From an uncultured Chloroflexia bacterium (GTDB taxonomy: Bacteria; Chloroflexota; Dehalococcoidia; GIF9; UBA5629), in NCBI GenBank assembly GCA_963827985.1, contig CAWHDI010000040.1, positions 16,682 through 80,681 of the forward strand: DNA of 64,000 nt, given 5' to 3'. Positions 1 through 11,874 of this stretch are shown here, piece by piece. Positions within the stretch are counted from its first letter, which is position 1, and every line of letters begins with the position of its first letter. The position numbers and the translations under genes were made by a program. The notes beneath the pieces are model-generated. The model did not search any database and was not told the DNA's origin. It worked only from the letters and a program-made list of their open reading frames with translations.

Positions 1-55
1 TATACTGGATTCGCCGTTTAGTCATTATTAATTCCCTTCTGGATATTGGCCTCTC

Positions 56-1279
56 TTGATAAATTATCTAAAACGTAATGAAACGCTGCTTATCCTCTGC
101 ATAGAGGGCATGCTTATGCTCATGGGGATGGGCCAGGTCAGCCCCATACTGGCGCTGTATGCCCGGCAGTTTGGCATAGACATGGCGATGGTCGGCCTCA
201 TCATAACCACCTTCGCCTTTGCCAGTGCGGTCGTGGATATCCCGGCGGGCAGGATTGCCGAACGGCTGGGACGCCGGCCGACCCTTCTGGCCGGTTGTCT
301 TGTGCTGGCTGTGGGGTCCGTGGGTTGTGCGCTGGCGCCCGGATACTGGCTATTTTTGGCCTGCCGCTTTATTCAGGGCACCGGGTATGCTCTTTATACG
401 ACCACTGCTATGATCATGCTGGCCGACATAAGTACCGTGCATGACCGCGGCAATAATATGGGACTTTACATGGGCAGCACGTGGATCGGCTTCGGGCTGG
501 GACCGGTCACCGGCGGTTTTATTGGGGAGTATTTCGGTCTGCCCGCCGTATTCTACGTGTATGCCTTTTTCTGTCTGGTGGCTGCGGTTTGGGCCTACCT
601 GCGGCTTCCCGAGACACGGCCTTCCAATGCTGAAGGAGTGGTTAAACAGGCCGCTGACCAAATGTCTGCGGCGGGAGCCGGGATCAGTATCAAAGACTTG
701 CTGGTCAATCCCAATTTCATATTGATCTGCATCGTTTCCTTTTGCATATTCTTTACCAACAATGGGTCAAGGTACGAGATATTGCCGCTGCTTTCGCACG
801 ATAGGCTGGGCTTGAGTCCGGGAGAAATCGGTGTGGCTGTGACCGTCATAGCTGCAGTCAATATCATCGTGCTGCTGATTACCGGCAGGCTTTCCGACAG
901 GGTGGGTAGAAAGCCCACGGTCCTGCCGGGGTGCATTCTCATAGCAGCTGCCCTGGTGATGTGGCTGATGAGTACCAATTACCAGTTCATGATCTTGAGC
1001 TGCGTGGTTTTTGGAATAGGTATGGGTATAACCGGTCCCACCCCGGCCGCATACGTAGCCGACATACTTTCCGGCCAAAACTCCAGCACGGGCATGAGCG
1101 TCTTCAGGGCAGCCTGCGACCTGGGATTTGTCGTTGGTCCGGTTTGCCAGGGATGGCTGGCGGATATGAGCGGCTATGATTTACCCTTGATCTTCAACGC
1201 CGCCCTGCTGTTCGCGTCGCGCTGGTTTTTCACATCGTGGCTAAGGAGCACCCTTCTTTCACTGCGCGGAAAGGTATGA
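56..1279 (+). CDS. MFS transporter
   Basis: 407-aa ORF with 12 predicted hydrophobic helices and an MFS-like GRxxxRxG loop motif (AGRIAERLGRRP). The start may be at a downstream Met. Confidence 0.85.
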   Translation: MINYLKRNETLLILCIEGMLMLMGMGQVSPILALYARQFGIDMAMVGLIITTFAFASAVVDIPAGRIAERLGRRPTLLAGCLVLAVGSVGCALAPGYWLFLACRFIQGTGYALYTTTAMIMLADISTVHDRGNNMGLYMGSTWIGFGLGPVTGGFIGEYFGLPAVFYVYAFFCLVAAVWAYLRLPETRPSNAEGVVKQAADQMSAAGAGISIKDLLVNPNFILICIVSFCIFFTNNGSRYEILPLLSHDRLGLSPGEIGVAVTVIAAVNIIVLLITGRLSDRVGRKPTVLPGCILIAAALVMWLMSTNYQFMILSCVVFGIGMGITGPTPAAYVADILSGQNSSTGMSVFRAACDLGFVVGPVCQGWLADMSGYDLPLIFNAALLFASRWFFTSWLRSTLLSLRGKV

Positions 1280-1416
1280 AACAATAAGTCATGCGCCGCT
1301 CTTTATTTCTTGCGGCCCGGCCGTTTGATATTATTTAATCATCTTGTCGAGTTGATCTGTGGGACTTATAGTGGCGTGAGTGCAAGGTAATTCGAACGTA
1401 GTGTAATTAGGAGTGA

Positions 1417-2235
1417 GTGATGCAGAAATTAACGGAAAATGTATACGCGGAGGTCGGTTTCAGGGGTTGCAATCCGGGATTTGTTGTGACTGCTGATGGA
1501 GTAGTTATGATAGATACACCACAGAGGCCGTCGGATGCGTTGAAATGGAAAGAAATTATAAGTAAATTCGGTCCCGTTCGCTATGTTATCAATACCGAAC
1601 CGCATAGGGACCACTTTGCGACCAACATGTACTTCGATGGTGTGGTTGTGGCGCACGAAGGCACGCGGGAAGCGATTTTATCTATGCCGGTCCAACAGCT
1701 TGTCGATTATATTGGCATGATTGATCCGGACAGCAAAGAAAGCCTCGCCGGATATAGCCTTCGCGCTCCCACCGTGACCCTTACGCAGCAGCTCAACCTC
1801 TATGTTGGAAAGCACATCTTTCAGATAATCAGCATGCCTGGCCACACTCCTTACCAGGTTGCTGTATATATCCCGCAGGAAAAAGTTGTTTTCACATCAG
1901 ACAATGTATTCGGGAAAGTGCAGGCGTGGCTGCAGCAGGCGGTGCCCTATGATTGGCTGGAATCATTAGCACGCCTCAAGCAGCTTGATGTAGATATTCT
2001 GGTTCCGGGGCACGGCGAAATTTGCAGCCGCCGGTATTTGGACGAAATGAGTGGGTTTATAAGGGATTGGATCGATGCGGTCAATGCCGCTGTCAAGAAA
2101 GGCATATCTCTTGAAGAGGCCCAGGACACCATAACCATGATAGACCGCTATCCTATGGAAGCCGGCACCGAGTCGCTGGCGCAGGCTGTTCAGCGTATGA
2201 ACGTTGCACGGCTATATCAATTGCTCAAGTCGTAG
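1417..2235 (+). CDS. MBL-fold metallo-hydrolase
   Basis: Metallo-beta-lactamase superfamily motifs (HRDHF, PGHTP, VPGHGE). A good RBS (AGGAGTGAGTG) precedes the ATG. Confidence 0.85.
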   Translation: MMQKLTENVYAEVGFRGCNPGFVVTADGVVMIDTPQRPSDALKWKEIISKFGPVRYVINTEPHRDHFATNMYFDGVVVAHEGTREAILSMPVQQLVDYIGMIDPDSKESLAGYSLRAPTVTLTQQLNLYVGKHIFQIISMPGHTPYQVAVYIPQEKVVFTSDNVFGKVQAWLQQAVPYDWLESLARLKQLDVDILVPGHGEICSRRYLDEMSGFIRDWIDAVNAAVKKGISLEEAQDTITMIDRYPMEAGTESLAQAVQRMNVARLYQLLKS

Positions 2236-2386
2236 CACCGGAATCGTGATGGTGGTATTTTGCCATGTTTATATGGGTCAAGCAATTTTTATGTTATAGC
2301 CGTTTTGGCATTGACAGGATTTGCCGGTTGGATTAAACTACGTAACGAAAATTGGTAGGACCATCATACCCTAAAAATTAGTAGAT

Positions 2387-3088
2387 ATGAATAGAAACAT
2401 ATTCCGGCCCCTGGGTTCAGAGAAATTATCTGAGAAAGCCATCTCGCAGATTGAGAATCTGATAAATACCGGTGTTCTCAAACCCGGCGACAAACTTCCT
2501 CCGGAAAGGGAATTGTCACTGGAATTGCAGGTTAGCCGGAGCATTCTGAGAGAGGCGTTGAAAACCCTCGAAGGCCTGGGATATTTGTACAGAAGGACCG
2601 GAGGCGGGACGTTCGTCAGGGAGGTCAATGACTGGAACAGCGGGCTGTTCATGTCTGATTTGATAAAACGGGCGACGCTCTTCGACTACCTGGAAGCACG
2701 GGAAATGCTGGAACAGAAGGTCGTCCAGCTTGTAATCGAAAGGGCGTCTGATAATGAGTTGAAGGAAGTAGAAGAAATCATCTCCCTGCTTGAGACGTCC
2801 GAGTATAGCACTGAATTGGTGCTTCAATTTCACCACAAGTTGGCTTTGCTGACGAAAAATATAGTGTTGATCAAATTTATGCTGACGAATTGGGAATTGC
2901 ACAAGAACCTCGTTCTGGCCAATAACATCACCGAAGATGAAGGCCGCAGGCAGATCGTTGTAAATGAGCACAAGGCGATTCTAAAGGCTATTAAGGAGCG
3001 AAACCTGGAAAGGGCTCAGCGGGCCGTTTTGACTCACCTGAGTAATGTCAGAAAAAGTCTGGGGAGTCGTCTGGCCGCTGCAGGATAA
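2387..3088 (+). CDS. GntR/FadR-family transcriptional regulator
   Basis: N-terminal GntR wHTH (LPPERELSLELQVSRSILREALKTLEGLGYL) plus a C-terminal FCD-like helical domain. Confidence 0.85.
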   Translation: MNRNIFRPLGSEKLSEKAISQIENLINTGVLKPGDKLPPERELSLELQVSRSILREALKTLEGLGYLYRRTGGGTFVREVNDWNSGLFMSDLIKRATLFDYLEAREMLEQKVVQLVIERASDNELKEVEEIISLLETSEYSTELVLQFHHKLALLTKNIVLIKFMLTNWELHKNLVLANNITEDEGRRQIVVNEHKAILKAIKERNLERAQRAVLTHLSNVRKSLGSRLAAAG

Positions 3089-3146
3089 GTATTACTTTTA
3101 AATATAATGGTCATACCATCACACCATTTACAGGAGGGACTATTTA

Positions 3147-4512
3147 ATGCGACAGGCAAAGGTGGTAGCAGCCAACGGCATGTTGGGGACGGGTTTGAGA
3201 GCGGAGTCTATGGAGAAAGCATTAAGCTGGGACCCGGACGTAATCGGATGCGATGCCGGTAGTACAGACCCCGGGCCATATTTTCTTGCTACAGGAGGGC
3301 TGCATTTTTCTGAAGACGCCATGAAGCGAGACCTGAAGGTTATCTTGAAAGCGGCCAGAAGCAAGAATATTCCTTTTATCCTCGGGTCGGCTGGAACAGG
3401 TGGCACGGATATAGGCCTCAATAAGATCATCAATATAGTAAAGCAAATTGCCCTGGAGGAAAATCTTCATTTTCACATGGGCGTGGTTCACTCAGAGCAA
3501 AACAAGGACTACCTGGTATCAATGATGCAAGAGGGAAGAATTAAGCCCCTCAGAAACGCGCCGGTTCTGACTAAAGAGCATATAAGAAAAAGTTTGCACA
3601 TAGTGGGCATGGCGGGCATCGAGCCCTTTGTTGAATGCCTCGACAATGGTGCTGATGTGATCATCGCCGGGCGTGCCAGCGATACCTCTATTTATGCTGC
3701 TGTGCCCATTAGAATGGGGTTGCCGCCCGGTCCCGTATGGCATGCGGCTAAGACTATTGAATGCGGCTCGGCATGTGTATCCAATTGCACGTACTCGGAC
3801 TGCATGTTTGCAGCTATTGATGAAAAGGGTTTTACCATTGAGCCGCCCTCTCCTGACTTTGTATGTACGCCGACCAGCGTCGCTGCACATATGTTGTATG
3901 AAAATGCCTCTCCCTACGAATTAATCGAGCCTTCTGGAATCCTGGATACGAGGAACGCCACGTACAAAGCGGCAAGCCCGAGATCGGTAAGGGTGGAGGG
4001 TAGTACTTACAGGACAAAACCCTATACCATCAAACTTGAGGGAGCCGAACTCACCGGCTATCAGACTATAGCGATCGGGGGCGTTCGCGACCCGATTATA
4101 CTGAGACAGCTTGATTCCTGGCTGGACTGGAATCCGCTGGGGTGTGGAATGGAGGTGCTCAGAGATTTACGGCAAGCAAATCAGCAGCAAATACCAACTC
4201 AGATTCCGTGTCTATGGCCGCGATGGTGTAATGGGTGCTCTGGAGCCGGATAAAAGCATCGGGCACGAGGTGGGTATTGTTCTCGAAATAGTTGCAGAAA
4301 CGGAAGAGCTGTCGCGTGCAATCGCGTCGACTGCCTGCCATATAGCTTTGCACTTCCCTGTGCCAGAATGGATCAGCCTGATCACAGGAATGGCTTACCC
4401 GTATTCACCCTATGAAATCTATCGAGGTCCCGTCTATCAGTTTAATATGAACCATGTGGTCGAACCCCTCAGCTACAGGGACATGTTCAGCGTCGAGTAC
4501 ATGGATTTATGA
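3147..4512 (+). CDS. AtuA-family (DUF1446) acyclic-terpene-utilisation-like protein, split by one frameshift
   Basis: The 368-aa ORF 3147-4253 and the 133-aa ORF 4111-4512 are N- and C-terminal parts of one DUF1446-like protein (CDAGSTDPGPY motif). The frame changes within 4111-4253. Confidence 0.7.
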
Positions 4513-4530
4513 ACAAGGAGATTAAGCGTC

Positions 4531-4839
4531 ATGGAGAAATTGAGCAAGCTGGCGAAACTGATCCGCAGTAAAAATGCCGGGCCTTTTGAATTGACAATTG
4601 ACATAATGTTTGATAACGAAGCCAATTACGTGCGGGTAAAGAACTCCGGCGTAATATCGCCAGATTTGATCAGTGGGCTGTACAACGTTACAAAGGACAA
4701 ATTTGAAGTAATCAATTTTGATCCTGCCTGGGCAATCAAGATCACAATTCCGCGTCCAACTATTTCCGGAAGTTTTGATGATACCGATGTATATGGCGGC
4801 CAGCAATATGGCCCCCTGGTAGACCTGGATATTCCATGA
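4531..4839 (+). CDS. DUF4387-domain protein (AtuA partner)
   Basis: A 102-aa protein lies 18 nt downstream of the AtuA-like gene. The small DUF4387 protein is the usual partner of, or fused to, DUF1446. Confidence 0.65.
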   Translation: MEKLSKLAKLIRSKNAGPFELTIDIMFDNEANYVRVKNSGVISPDLISGLYNVTKDKFEVINFDPAWAIKITIPRPTISGSFDDTDVYGGQQYGPLVDLDIP

Positions 4840-5070
4840 ATGGACGGGAGAGACAGTTTTGCTGAAGCGTTTTACCGTAAAAGAGCTATCGAGCCAGGCG
4901 GGAAGTATGATCAAAAATGCCAGGGAATCGGCGGCTGACTTATAAAGGAAGGCCTCCGCCTGCGCCGATAATGTGAGGAGTGCTTCATTAAAGGAGGTTA
5001 TGGATAGCATTTTAGTAAGTCAACAGCAACGGCTCCCGGTCCATGTGAAACAAATTAATCAAGTTGGAGG

Positions 5071-6376
5071 GTGTATCAAATGAGCGATAACATCGCAAAT
5101 GCCGAATCCGGCTATCCAAGGCGTTGGGCCATCTACGCCTTTATTCTCCTGTTTCTCCTCTACGTATTTGACTATATTGACAGGTATGTAATCGTCTCGC
5201 TATATCCGTTCCTCAAAACCGACTGGGGCCTGTCTGATGCCCAGTGCGGTCTGCTCATGTCGGGGTTGGTTTGGACCCAGGTTATCTTTACGCTCCCGGT
5301 AGGAGCACTGCTTGACCGCTGGAGCAGGAAGAAAAGCATCGGCATAATGTCCATAGTATGGGGTCTCGGATCCATAGCCGGCGCCATTACCACGGGTTTT
5401 TCGCAGCTTTTTGCTACACGCTGCATCGTTGGAGTTGGCGAGGCAGGGTATGGTGCAGGTGGAACGTCTATACTTTCCAGCATTTTCCGCCCCGGGCTGC
5501 GTGCTCGGATTCTTGGGTTCTGGCAAGCTGCTATCCCCGTCGGGCAGGCCCTGGGGATATTGCTTGGCGGGCTGATTGCGGTGAAATATGGGTGGCGAAG
5601 CGCGCTGGGAATAGTCGCCATACCCGGTATCATCGTCGCTATTATGTTCTTCTGGGTCAAGGACTATAAGACCGTTGGGCTGTTTAAATCCACATCTAAA
5701 GATAGTTCAGTTCCAGGGTCTGAAAATGGGCTTCCTCGACTCGATCAAGGAACTCTTCCGTGCCAAATCGCTGATCATGGTCAATATTGCATTCCCGATA
5801 TATATGTTCGGGTCCGCAGCAATGTCAACCTGGCTGCCGAGTTATTTCAATAGATTTGGCGGAATGGATATAGCACAGGCGAGTACGCGCGCTTCAATAA
5901 TATCGATGATGGCGGTCATAGGTGCACCGTTGGGGGGCTACCTTACGGACCAGTGGGCAAAGAGGAACATTAGCGCCAGGTTACTATTGCCCGGAGTCGC
6001 GTCCGTTAGCGCAGCGGTCCTGGCCGCATCTGCCTTCTTTTTCCATGGCACGGCGCAGTTCGTAATTCTTCTGGGGTTTGGCCTTGTTGCGATAATGTTC
6101 CTTCCGGGCACCATGGCCGTTACTCAGGATGTTGTCCATCCCGGCCTTAGGTCAACCTCCAGAAGCGTCAATATATTCATCCAGAGCCTTCTGGGCACGG
6201 CGCTCGGCCCCCTGATTATCGGCGCAATTTCTGATGCATATGGCCTGGATAAGGCGATGTGGTTTATCTCTCCTTTCATATTGGTCGCCGGGATCCTTTT
6301 CTTCTGGGGATCGGCTTTCTATAAGAAAGACCTGGACGAATGTGAGAAGTGCCAGATTACTTTCGAAAACGCCTGA
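5071..6376 (+). CDS. MFS transporter, paralog of 8519-9820 and 54178-55497, with one frameshift
   Basis: ORFs 5071-5853 and 5675-6376 form the N and C halves. Alignment to the paralogs places the shift at a GGG run near 5714, where removing one G restores ...DSSVPGLKMGFLDSIKELF. Confidence 0.75.
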
Positions 6377-6453
6377 ACTAAATATGGGCTGTGCGAGCGG
6401 TGCGGCGCAACAAGCCACACCGCTCCTTACTATTCAGATAAAATAGCACTTGG

Positions 6454-8463
6454 TCAGGCGTACTCATGCTTGTCCCAGGGCTGCCGTTCTCCGCGTTGCA
6501 ATGCCGTTTCCATCCTTGCCAGACCGGCCTTAAGCTTGGCAACCTCGTCCGATTTGAAATCAGAGTTCTTGAAAGCCTGATAGAGGATTGCTCCTTCCGT
6601 CTGTGCTGGTAAAGGCAAGTCCATCAGGTAACAAATGGTCGGCACAATGTCCACCAGGTTGCAGGTCCGCTCCAGCCGGTAACCCTTTCTGATGCCGGGA
6701 CCTGTCAGTGTCAGCAGCGCCTTCAACGAACCAATTCCCCATTCGGCCGCCGGCAGTATATTGCCGTGCTGCCCCGAATACCATGGGTATATCGCGTAGA
6801 TCACATCGCCGACTCCATCGCCGTAAAGTCCCAGTATACGTGCATCTTGTTTCGATAAAGCCAGGGCAACCGGCCGTTTGCCAGTATTCGGATCGACATA
6901 GCTGAGTAAAGCATCGATTATCTGCTGTTGTACTTTCTGGTAATCTTGCGGTTCTACCACGCCCTCTGGGTCGCGGCCTTTTAGGTTGACATAAATATAC
7001 ATCGTGCGCTGCGGGAAGCATTTGGATTTATTGACATCAGGTTTTTGAAAACCCATTCTTATTTCTGCCATCAGCCCTTCTGCCCTTGAAGTAACTGGTA
7101 CGGCTGAAAGGTCCTGCTGTTCTTCGAGCACAGTGAGACCCGCAGGGACCAGTATCTTGAATGGATCGAATGGCGGGCCGTCGGGCACTGCCCCGTGGTC
7201 GGAAACGAGGATGAAAAGTGTATCCTTATCGCAGGACTCGATCAACTGCGCGAGCATCCTGTCCTGCGCCTCGTAAATCCTCAGGTGGGCGTCCCAGGCT
7301 GCCTTTCTTTTAGCTTCATCTTTAGTTAGTGCGGGGTCCATCTCGGTAAGTATCATGTGATAGGCCCAGTCCGGCGAATGGGCGTGCATGAAGAACAGGT
7401 CCCACACGTTCTTGCTTAAAAGCGCGGCCGCTGCATCAGCCAGCCATTTGGTATAGTAGTCATTTATTTCTACAAAAGTATCCAGGTCATACCATTCGAG
7501 TGCATAACCCAGTATGCCTCCCAGGTGGCCGATAATACCAGTCTCCGACTGGATCTGACTGGCAACCTCGGGCGGGTTGCTCCATCCTGAAGTGGTCCCG
7601 ATAGCGCTGACATATAAACGCAAGTTCTCAGCATCGTCGCTGAGTTCGACCAGTTTGCAGCGGAAGAAAGCCTCTTTCTCGGTACCATCTTGCATCTTAA
7701 TAAAAGTTGTTATACGGGGACTCCATTCCCCAACTGCAATGGTGCAGAAAACGTCTTTAAAATCCTTGGTCGGTGATAGTGTAACCCTGTCGTACCCGTT
7801 GTCACCCGACTGTCTGGCAAGCACGTACCAGGTGGTTTCGGCAGGTTTGACGACCGCATCCCTGAAATGCATCTTGGCCTCAAGTTCCAGCGGCTCAATT
7901 TCCTTGTTTGGCAGGTTGGCCCAGCCCTCGGCGGCTTTGAAGGTACTACGTATAGCCTGCGGGTATATACCGGTGGTTATCAATAAATTGCTGCACAGGT
8001 TCTCTCTGCCGGACATGCCGATTAGCCCGTCGCGGTTTTCGCCTACGGAGAGTCCGCTGCCGCCAACCATAATCCCGTTCTTCATTTTGGAAGGCCACGA
8101 ACCGGGGTAATTGAATACGATACACTTCTTTCCGGCCTTATCGGCGGCGTCCCACAGGTACTCAGCCTTACAGCGTTCGCTGCTGAACGCTTGCACGGTG
8201 TTCCAGTTGTACGGAGTGGTTCCAGGGTTATGGACATGAAAATCTGTTATGCCGTGCGTTCCCGGCCATGTGCCCGTGGCAATCGAAGCCCAGTTGGGTG
8301 GGGTGATAGTGGGATATGGAACAAGGCAATTATCTGCCATAACACCTCCCTCTATCAGTTTCTTAAACGTGGGCAGATGGCCCTCAGTGACATGTTTCTC
8401 AATCAGGGCTGGCAATGCGCAGTCCAGTCCTATAACAGCTACTTTTTTCGGTACGTTAGCCAT
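6454..8463 (-). CDS. Alkaline-phosphatase-superfamily type I phosphodiesterase/nucleotide pyrophosphatase family protein
   Basis: Intact 669-aa ORF with N-terminal KKVAVIGLDCALP and the ...LVSDHGA... metal-binding region typical of the AP/phosphodiesterase fold. Confidence 0.85.
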   Translation of the reverse strand: MANVPKKVAVIGLDCALPALIEKHVTEGHLPTFKKLIEGGVMADNCLVPYPTITPPNWASIATGTWPGTHGITDFHVHNPGTTPYNWNTVQAFSSERCKAEYLWDAADKAGKKCIVFNYPGSWPSKMKNGIMVGGSGLSVGENRDGLIGMSGRENLCSNLLITTGIYPQAIRSTFKAAEGWANLPNKEIEPLELEAKMHFRDAVVKPAETTWYVLARQSGDNGYDRVTLSPTKDFKDVFCTIAVGEWSPRITTFIKMQDGTEKEAFFRCKLVELSDDAENLRLYVSAIGTTSGWSNPPEVASQIQSETGIIGHLGGILGYALEWYDLDTFVEINDYYTKWLADAAAALLSKNVWDLFFMHAHSPDWAYHMILTEMDPALTKDEAKRKAAWDAHLRIYEAQDRMLAQLIESCDKDTLFILVSDHGAVPDGPPFDPFKILVPAGLTVLEEQQDLSAVPVTSRAEGLMAEIRMGFQKPDVNKSKCFPQRTMYIYVNLKGRDPEGVVEPQDYQKVQQQIIDALLSYVDPNTGKRPVALALSKQDARILGLYGDGVGDVIYAIYPWYSGQHGNILPAAEWGIGSLKALLTLTGPGIRKGYRLERTCNLVDIVPTICYLMDLPLPAQTEGAILYQAFKNSDFKSDEVAKLKAGLARMETALQRGERQPWDKHEYA

Positions 8464-8518
8464 GTGTTCCTCCTTTTAAGTACAGGATTATTTCAAGTCT
8501 CGTTTAATAAAGCTGACA

Positions 8519-9820
8519 TTATTTTTCGGCCATTAAGGTTTCGTCTACACCGGCGCTCTCCTGAAAATAGAATTTCGGCAAGATTAGATAGGCCAGCACT
8601 CCCAGGACTGAAATGGCCAGCATATACATCAGGCCGGTCTGGATCCCATGTGCGCCTCCGCCGGCGCTGTCCGATATGGTCCCAACCAGGATCGGTCCCA
8701 GTGTCGCTCCCGTGAACGAGCATATGAAGTTGGCCATGCCGATTGCGGTCACGCGGACGTTTATTGGCGTGACATCATTTAACACCGCTAGCGATGCAGG
8801 CAGTATCATGCCGTAAGTAATAGTCATGGCGACCAGTCCGATGATGAAGGAAATAAAAGACACATCTAGCAGGTACAAGGTGATAAAACCAGTCAAAAGG
8901 TTAACAAACAGCGTTAGGGCAATAAAATAGGGACGCCCGTTTTTATTGTGCTTTTGCCATTTGTCCGCCAGCCACCCGCCAAGCGGTCCGGCTATTATTA
9001 CTACAAGCGCTGTTGCGCCATAGGTTAAGCCAGCCGTCATAGTCGTCATGTTGAAAGCTCTTATCAGGAGGGTTGGCATCCATGCCGGAAAGGCGAAGGC
9101 GGTGAAATAAAACAGCGCCTGGCCGGCAATGCTTATCCAGAATGCCTTAATCTTGAAAAGCTCAACGCAGCTTTTAAGATATCTTTTGCTGAGCAATCCT
9201 TCTCCGGCCTGTTTTATAGTTTTATAGTCCGGGAGGAAAAAGGCAATGATCGCCAGTATTATTCCGGGTATCGCAAATATGTAGAACGGGGTACGCCAGT
9301 CATGCGTAGTCGTGATCAGCCATCCTCCCAGTATTAACCCGATAATTCCGCCGACATTACCTCCCACCCAGAAAATCCCCATGATCAGTGACCGGACCTC
9401 TTTTTCGAAAGACAGCGAAATCCAGCTTAAACCAACGGGAGCATATCCAGCTTCACCACTGCCGACGAAAAAACGGGCAACCAGCAGGTGCCACATCTGC
9501 GTGGCAATGCCTGTTGTAAAGGTGAAAACGCTCCAGATCAGTGCCATGATGCCGATCACCTTACGGCGGGCCCACCTGTCACCCAGGATGGACACCGGTA
9601 TCGTGAGGATGGCAATGCCCAGCGTGAACAATCCTGGCAGGCTTCCGGCCTGGGCGTCGGTGAGATTGAAGGCTGTCTTGATTGGCTGCAACCCGATCGT
9701 TAAGATTGACCTGTCGGCAAAATTGATCATGAAAAGCAGCGTAATCACGGTCAAAGCGGAAATCGCACCTGCTCCGCCAACCTTGAACTGTTTTTGCTCC
9801 ATTTCTGCCTCCTTCGTCAA
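8519..9820 (-). CDS. MFS transporter (paralog)
   Basis: 433-aa, 12-TM ORF, strongly similar to the 54178-55497 and 5071-6376 products. Confidence 0.85.
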   Translation of the reverse strand: MTKEAEMEQKQFKVGGAGAISALTVITLLFMINFADRSILTIGLQPIKTAFNLTDAQAGSLPGLFTLGIAILTIPVSILGDRWARRKVIGIMALIWSVFTFTTGIATQMWHLLVARFFVGSGEAGYAPVGLSWISLSFEKEVRSLIMGIFWVGGNVGGIIGLILGGWLITTTHDWRTPFYIFAIPGIILAIIAFFLPDYKTIKQAGEGLLSKRYLKSCVELFKIKAFWISIAGQALFYFTAFAFPAWMPTLLIRAFNMTTMTAGLTYGATALVVIIAGPLGGWLADKWQKHNKNGRPYFIALTLFVNLLTGFITLYLLDVSFISFIIGLVAMTITYGMILPASLAVLNDVTPINVRVTAIGMANFICSFTGATLGPILVGTISDSAGGGAHGIQTGLMYMLAISVLGVLAYLILPKFYFQESAGVDETLMAEK

Positions 9821-9887
9821 GAACTACTGCTTCTTAACTACTACCTCAATTAGTCAGGCGCATTCATGCTTGTCCCAGGGCTGGCGT

Positions 9888-11874
9888 TCACCGCGCTGTC
9901 AGCGCTGTCTCCATGCGGGCCAGGCCGTCCTTCAGCTTATTGATCTCCTTCGCCTTGAAATCAGGATCTTTGAATGCCTGATAGAGTACTGCGCCTTCGG
10001 CCTGGGCGGGCAGAGGCAAATCCATCAGGTAGCAGATAGTCGGCACGATGTCTATCAGGTTGCAGTTCCTTTCCAGCCTGTAAGCCTTTCTTAATGCTCG
10101 GCCCGTCAAACGTAAGGAGCCCTTTAAGGGAACCGGATCCCCACTCAGCGGCGGGCAGAATATTGCCATGCTGGCCCGCAAACCACGGATAGAGCGGCGT
10201 AAATAACGTCGCCCACCTGGTCGCCATAAAGGCCAAGGATGCGGGCATCGCGCCTGGACAGGGCCAGCGAGACGGGCCGCATGCCCGTGGCAGGATCGAC
10301 ATACATGAGCAGCGCATCTGATAATCTGCTGCTGCACCTTTTCGTAATCCGCCGGTTCCACTATTCCTTCCGGGTCGCGTCCCTTGAGGTTGATATAGAC
10401 ATACATGTGACCGCTGCGGGAAACACTTCGACTTATTGAGGTCCGGTATCTGGCTGCCACGCGGATTCCCTCCACCAGACTGGCCTCGCGGTATCCCTGT
10501 CGGGCTGCCGCATCTTCTTTGCTAGTCAGCATTGCAGCCAGGCCGGCCGTCTGACCAGGATCTTGAATGGATCGAATGGCTGCTCGTCTGCCCTACGCGC
10601 ACCGTGGTCTGAGACCAGAATAACAAGCGTGTCTTTGTCGAGAGTCTTCAGTATCTGCTCCAGCATCCTGTCCTGCGCCTCGTATATCCTGAGGTGTGCA
10701 TCCCAGGCTGCCTTGCGTCTGGCTCCGTCTTTTGTCATTTCGTCATCCATAGCCGTCAGTATCATGTGGTAGGCCCAGTCAGGGGAATGGGCGTGCATGA
10801 AGAACAGGTTCCATTCATGTCCGCTCAGCAGAATGCTGGCGCAGTCGGCCAGGTATTGTGTGTAATAATTCGTTTATTTCGGTGAAGGTATCCAGGCCGT
10901 ACCATTGGAAGATATACCGATGATACCGTCCGGTGTGCCGAAGACGCCCTCCCTGATGGATTTCTGAGGCTATCTCCGGCGGGTTGCTCCAGCCGGAGGT
11001 CGTCCCCATCGCGCTGATGTAAAGGCGAAGGTTCTCGGCGTCGTCGGATAGCTCGATCAGTTTGCAGCGGAAGAGACATCCCTCTTCACTGTGCCGTCAG
11101 CCATTTTGATCGGTGGTTATACCTGGGGGCTCCATTCGCCTACGGAAAGCGTGCAAAATGCGTCCTGAAAATCCTTCGGTGGGGGACAGGGTTGCCTTAT
11201 CGTAGCCCGTTGACTCCCGTTTGCCTGGCCAGCACGTACCAGTGTTGTCTGCCGGCTTAACCTGCAGCGTGCCTGAAACGGATATTGGCTTCCAGTTCAA
11301 GCGGGTCCTTTTCCTTCTTCGGCAGATTGCTCCAGCCCTTTGCCGCCTGGAAGCGCCCTTTGTAGCCGCGGGTATATGCCTGTCGTTATGAAGATTTCAT
11401 CACACAGGTTAATGTAGTCGTGACATGCCAGTCAGGCCATCGCGGATCTCGCCAATGGAAAGCCCGCTGCCGCCCACCATGATGCCGTTTTTCATATGTG
11501 AGGGCCAGGAGCCCGGGTAGTTGAGTACGATACATTTCTTCCCGCCTTATCGGCTGCATCCCATAGGAACTCGGCCTTGCAGCGTTCGCTGCTGAAAGCC
11601 TGGACGATATTAGAGTTTCCAGGCGACTGGTGCCCGGCACGTGGACGTGAAAGTCGGTTATCCAGTGTGTCCCCGGCCATGCGCCCGTTGCAATCGACGC
11701 CCAGTTAGGTGGTGTAATAGTGGGATAAGGCACCAGGCAGTTATCGGCGATGACACCGCCTTCGATGAGTTTCTTAAACGTTGGAAGGTGTCCCTCTGAT
11801 ATGTGTTTCTCAATCAGGTGGGGCTCTGCGCAGTCAAGGCCGATGACTGCCACTTTCTTGGGTGTATTTGCCAT
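9888..11874 (-). pseudogene. Degraded paralog of the AP-family phosphodiesterase (at least 5 frameshifts)
   Basis: ORF fragments 11386-11874 (N-terminus MANTPKKVAVIGLDCAEP, near-identical to the 6454-8463 product), 10526-10798 (middle) and 9888-10532 (C-terminus) are colinear with the intact copy but lie in different frames. Confidence 0.75.

Noticed and set aside
4522-5010. 162-aa minus-strand ORF overlapping the DUF4387 gene
   Set aside because: Antisense to a gene with a good RBS and a family assignment, and it has no motif of its own.
9312-10094. 260-aa ORF antisense to the MFS transporter 8519-9820
   Set aside because: Antisense shadow ORF with a Pro/Ser/Arg-rich translation. The sense strand encodes a well-conserved MFS paralog.
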